DNA of 64,000 nucleotides, from positions 17,298,001 to 17,362,000 of the forward strand of contig CATNEN010000038.1 of the NCBI GenBank assembly GCA_950097015.1. Direction: 5' to 3'. The DNA is from Macrostomum hystrix. Taxonomy: Eukaryota; Animalia; Platyhelminthes. The notes beneath the pieces were generated by a model that saw nothing but the letters and a program-made list of their open reading frames with translations, was not told the DNA's origin and searched no databases. The position numbers and the translations under genes are program-made. Below, piece after piece: positions 62,001 through 64,000 of this stretch; position 1 is the first letter of the stretch, and every line of letters starts with the position of its first letter.

Positions 62001-63226
62001 TCGCAGCCCCAATGTCCTGGCGATCAGGGAGTGAGTGATCGTTTCGATTTGGGATTTGAAGGCCACGAATGGTCATGGGGCTTCTCGATTACTACGATCC
62101 TATCAGTGATGTAGGGACTTCTAGATAACTGCGATCCTATCAGTAATGTAGGGACTTCTAGATAACTGTGATCCTACCAGTGATGTAGGGACCACTAGAT
62201 AACTGTGATCCTATCAGTGATGTAGGGACCACTAGATAACTGTGATCCTATCAGTGATGTAGGGACCACTAGATAACTGTGATCCTATCAGTGATGTAGG
62301 GACCACTAGATAACTGTGATCCTATCAGTGATGTAGGGACCACTAGATAACTGTGATCCTATCAGTGATGTAGGGACCACTAGATAACTGTGATCCTATC
62401 AGTGATGTAGGGACCACTAGATAACTGCGATCCTATCAGTGATGTAGGGACCACTAGATAACTGCGATCCTATCAGTGATGTAAGGACCACTAGATAACT
62501 GCGATCCTATCAGTGATGTAGGGACCACTAGATAACTGTGATCCTATCAGTGATGTAGGGACTTCTAGATAACTGTGATCCTATCAGTGATGTAGGGACC
62601 ACTAGATAACTGTGATCCTATCAGTGATGTAGGGACCACTAGATAACTGCGATCCTATCAGTGATGTAGGGACTTCTAGATAACTGTGATCCTATCAGTG
62701 ATGTAGGGACTTCTAGATAACTGCGATCCTATTAGTGATGTAGGGACTTCTAGATAACTGTGATCCTATCAGTGATGTAGGGACCACTAGATAACTGTGA
62801 TCCTACCAGTGATGTAGGGACCACTAGATAACTGCGATCCTACCAGTGATGTAGGGACCACTAGATAATGGTGACCGTAAGAAGTGCCTTGAAGTAGAAA
62901 TTGACCCAAAGTGACCGCAAGTAACATCTTGACAACTGTGACCCAACACTTTTTCTTATTTTATAATCAGATACCTTCAGGTGGAGTGGAACATCAAGAA
63001 GAAGACACTGAAGGGTCCGAAGGTGTTCGACAAGGAGACAATACGCGGCTACTGTCCAAGCGTGCCCCAGCAACCGAACACTGTGGACTGCGGCCCCTAC
63101 GTGCTGCACTACGCTGAATTGTTCTTTCGCAGGCCGGTTCGCGAGTTCACATTCAGCTATTTTCAGTCCGAAATGTTGAACTGGTTTCGACACGAAGAGA
63201 TCAACTATAAGCGTGCCGATATTCAG
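56014..63226 (+). CDS. SENP6/7: Sentrin/SUMO-specific protease, SENP6/SENP7 (Ulp2-like) subfamily; probably 3'-incomplete
   Basis: Exons 56014-56858, 57401-57725, 57805-58710, 61375-62030, 62971-63226 (phases 2,0,0,2 consistent). Peptidase C48 motifs [48 protein letters not shown] (His), MFDSL (Asp), PQQPNTVDCG (Cys). CAG|GTACCT at 63226 suggests a further exon beyond the window. Confidence 0.92.
56920..57200. repeat. Intronic minisatellite, ~20 bp unit CCAATGTACATTCAGACTA
   Basis: Degenerate tandem array. Confidence 0.85.
58730..60960. repeat. Intronic minisatellite, 36 bp unit AAGTATCTAAGCCTGACCTAAAACCTTCCCATTGTT
   Basis: About 60 tandem copies with no spacers. Confidence 0.97.
60976..61342 (+). 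mobile_element. tRNA-derived SINE, family 1, copy B
   Basis: A-box-like TGGCAGAGAGTG (60983), B-box-like GAGCTCGATTCC (61028), 3' hairpin, (TTA)n tail; homologous to 20946-21293. Confidence 0.85.
62090..62870. repeat. Intronic minisatellite, 37 bp unit GATCCTATCAGTGATGTAGGGACCACTAGATAACTGT
   Basis: About 21 tandem copies. Confidence 0.96.
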
Positions 63227-63299
63227 GTACCTTAGACCCAACAACCTGACCCTAATGAGCTACTCGGCGGCCTTGTCCTCAGTTTCTGGAAATTTATCT

Positions 63300-63765
63300 T
63301 CCTGGGATTTAATCTCCTAAATCTTCGCTTTTCTTAAATTCAGTCTTCCTAAATCCATAGTTTTCTAGGATCCGATCTTGCTAAATCCTTCTTTTTGGGA
63401 TTCGATCTTGCTAAATCCTTAGTTTTCTAGGATTCGATCTAGCTAAACCCTTTGTTTTCTAGGATTCGATCTTCCTAAATCCTTAGTTTTCTAGGATTCG
63501 ATCTAGCTAAATCCTTCTTTTTGGGATTCGATCTTGCTAAATCCTTAGTTTTCAAGGGATCGAATCTTCCTAAATCCTTAGTTTTCTAGGATTCGATCTA
63601 GCTAAACCCTTTGTTTTCTAGGATTCGATCTAGCTAAATCCTTAGTTTTCAGGGATCGAATCTTCCTAAATCCTTAGTTTTCTAGGATTCGATCTAGCTA
63701 AATCCTTAGTTTTTAGGGATCGAATCTTCCTAAATCCTTTGTTTTTGGGTTCATCTTTCTGAATC
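63300..63765. repeat. Minisatellite, ~32 bp unit CTAAATCCTTAGTTTTCTAGGATTCGATCTAG
   Basis: Degenerate tandem array. Confidence 0.9.
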
Positions 63766-64000
63766 TTCAGTTTTTTATCTTCCCAAAAGCTATTGTTTTA
63801 GATTTTCATCGAATCCTCAGTTTCGATTAATTTTTAGTTTTTAGTTAACTTTTAATTTTTAGTCCTTCGTATTCTACTCGTAAAACATAAAATTTATTGA
63901 TTTATATTGTTGGGTTTTCAGTTTTCCCAATTAGCCTTATAGATCCTCTGATTGGTACTATCTCTCTATACATATTTGATTTCCTTCTATAGTTTTTAAT

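Noticed and set aside
62090-62870. Similarity of the 37-bp unit to the tet operator (CCTATCAGTGAT)
   Set aside because: Only 12 nt match and the second half-site (GATAG) is absent; the array is a diverged natural intronic repeat, not a vector tetO array.

Overview
Eukaryotic (metazoan) genomic DNA with spliceosomal introns and a very high density of 14-66 bp minisatellite arrays. This style is most consistent with a free-living flatworm such as Macrostomum (inference, not verified). Seven protein-coding genes can be assembled by hand with phase-consistent splice sites: an ankyrin-repeat protein (-), a 15-exon type I membrane protein with two beta-rich repeats and four PAN/apple-like domains (+, with a GC-AG intron), a DEG/ENaC channel (-, with a 32-nt micro-exon), a tyramine/octopamine-type amine GPCR (-), an orphan single-pass membrane protein (-), PEX11 (+) and a SENP6/7-like SUMO protease (+, probably runs off the window end). 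About 35 tandem arrays, nearly all with their own unit, fill most long introns and intergenic gaps and account for most of the long low-complexity ORFs in the track. There are two ~360-bp copies of a tRNA-headed SINE with a structured 3' end, and fragments of a second dispersed family. No CRISPR, rRNA or intact tRNA gene is supported. All gene models are manual inferences without transcript data.
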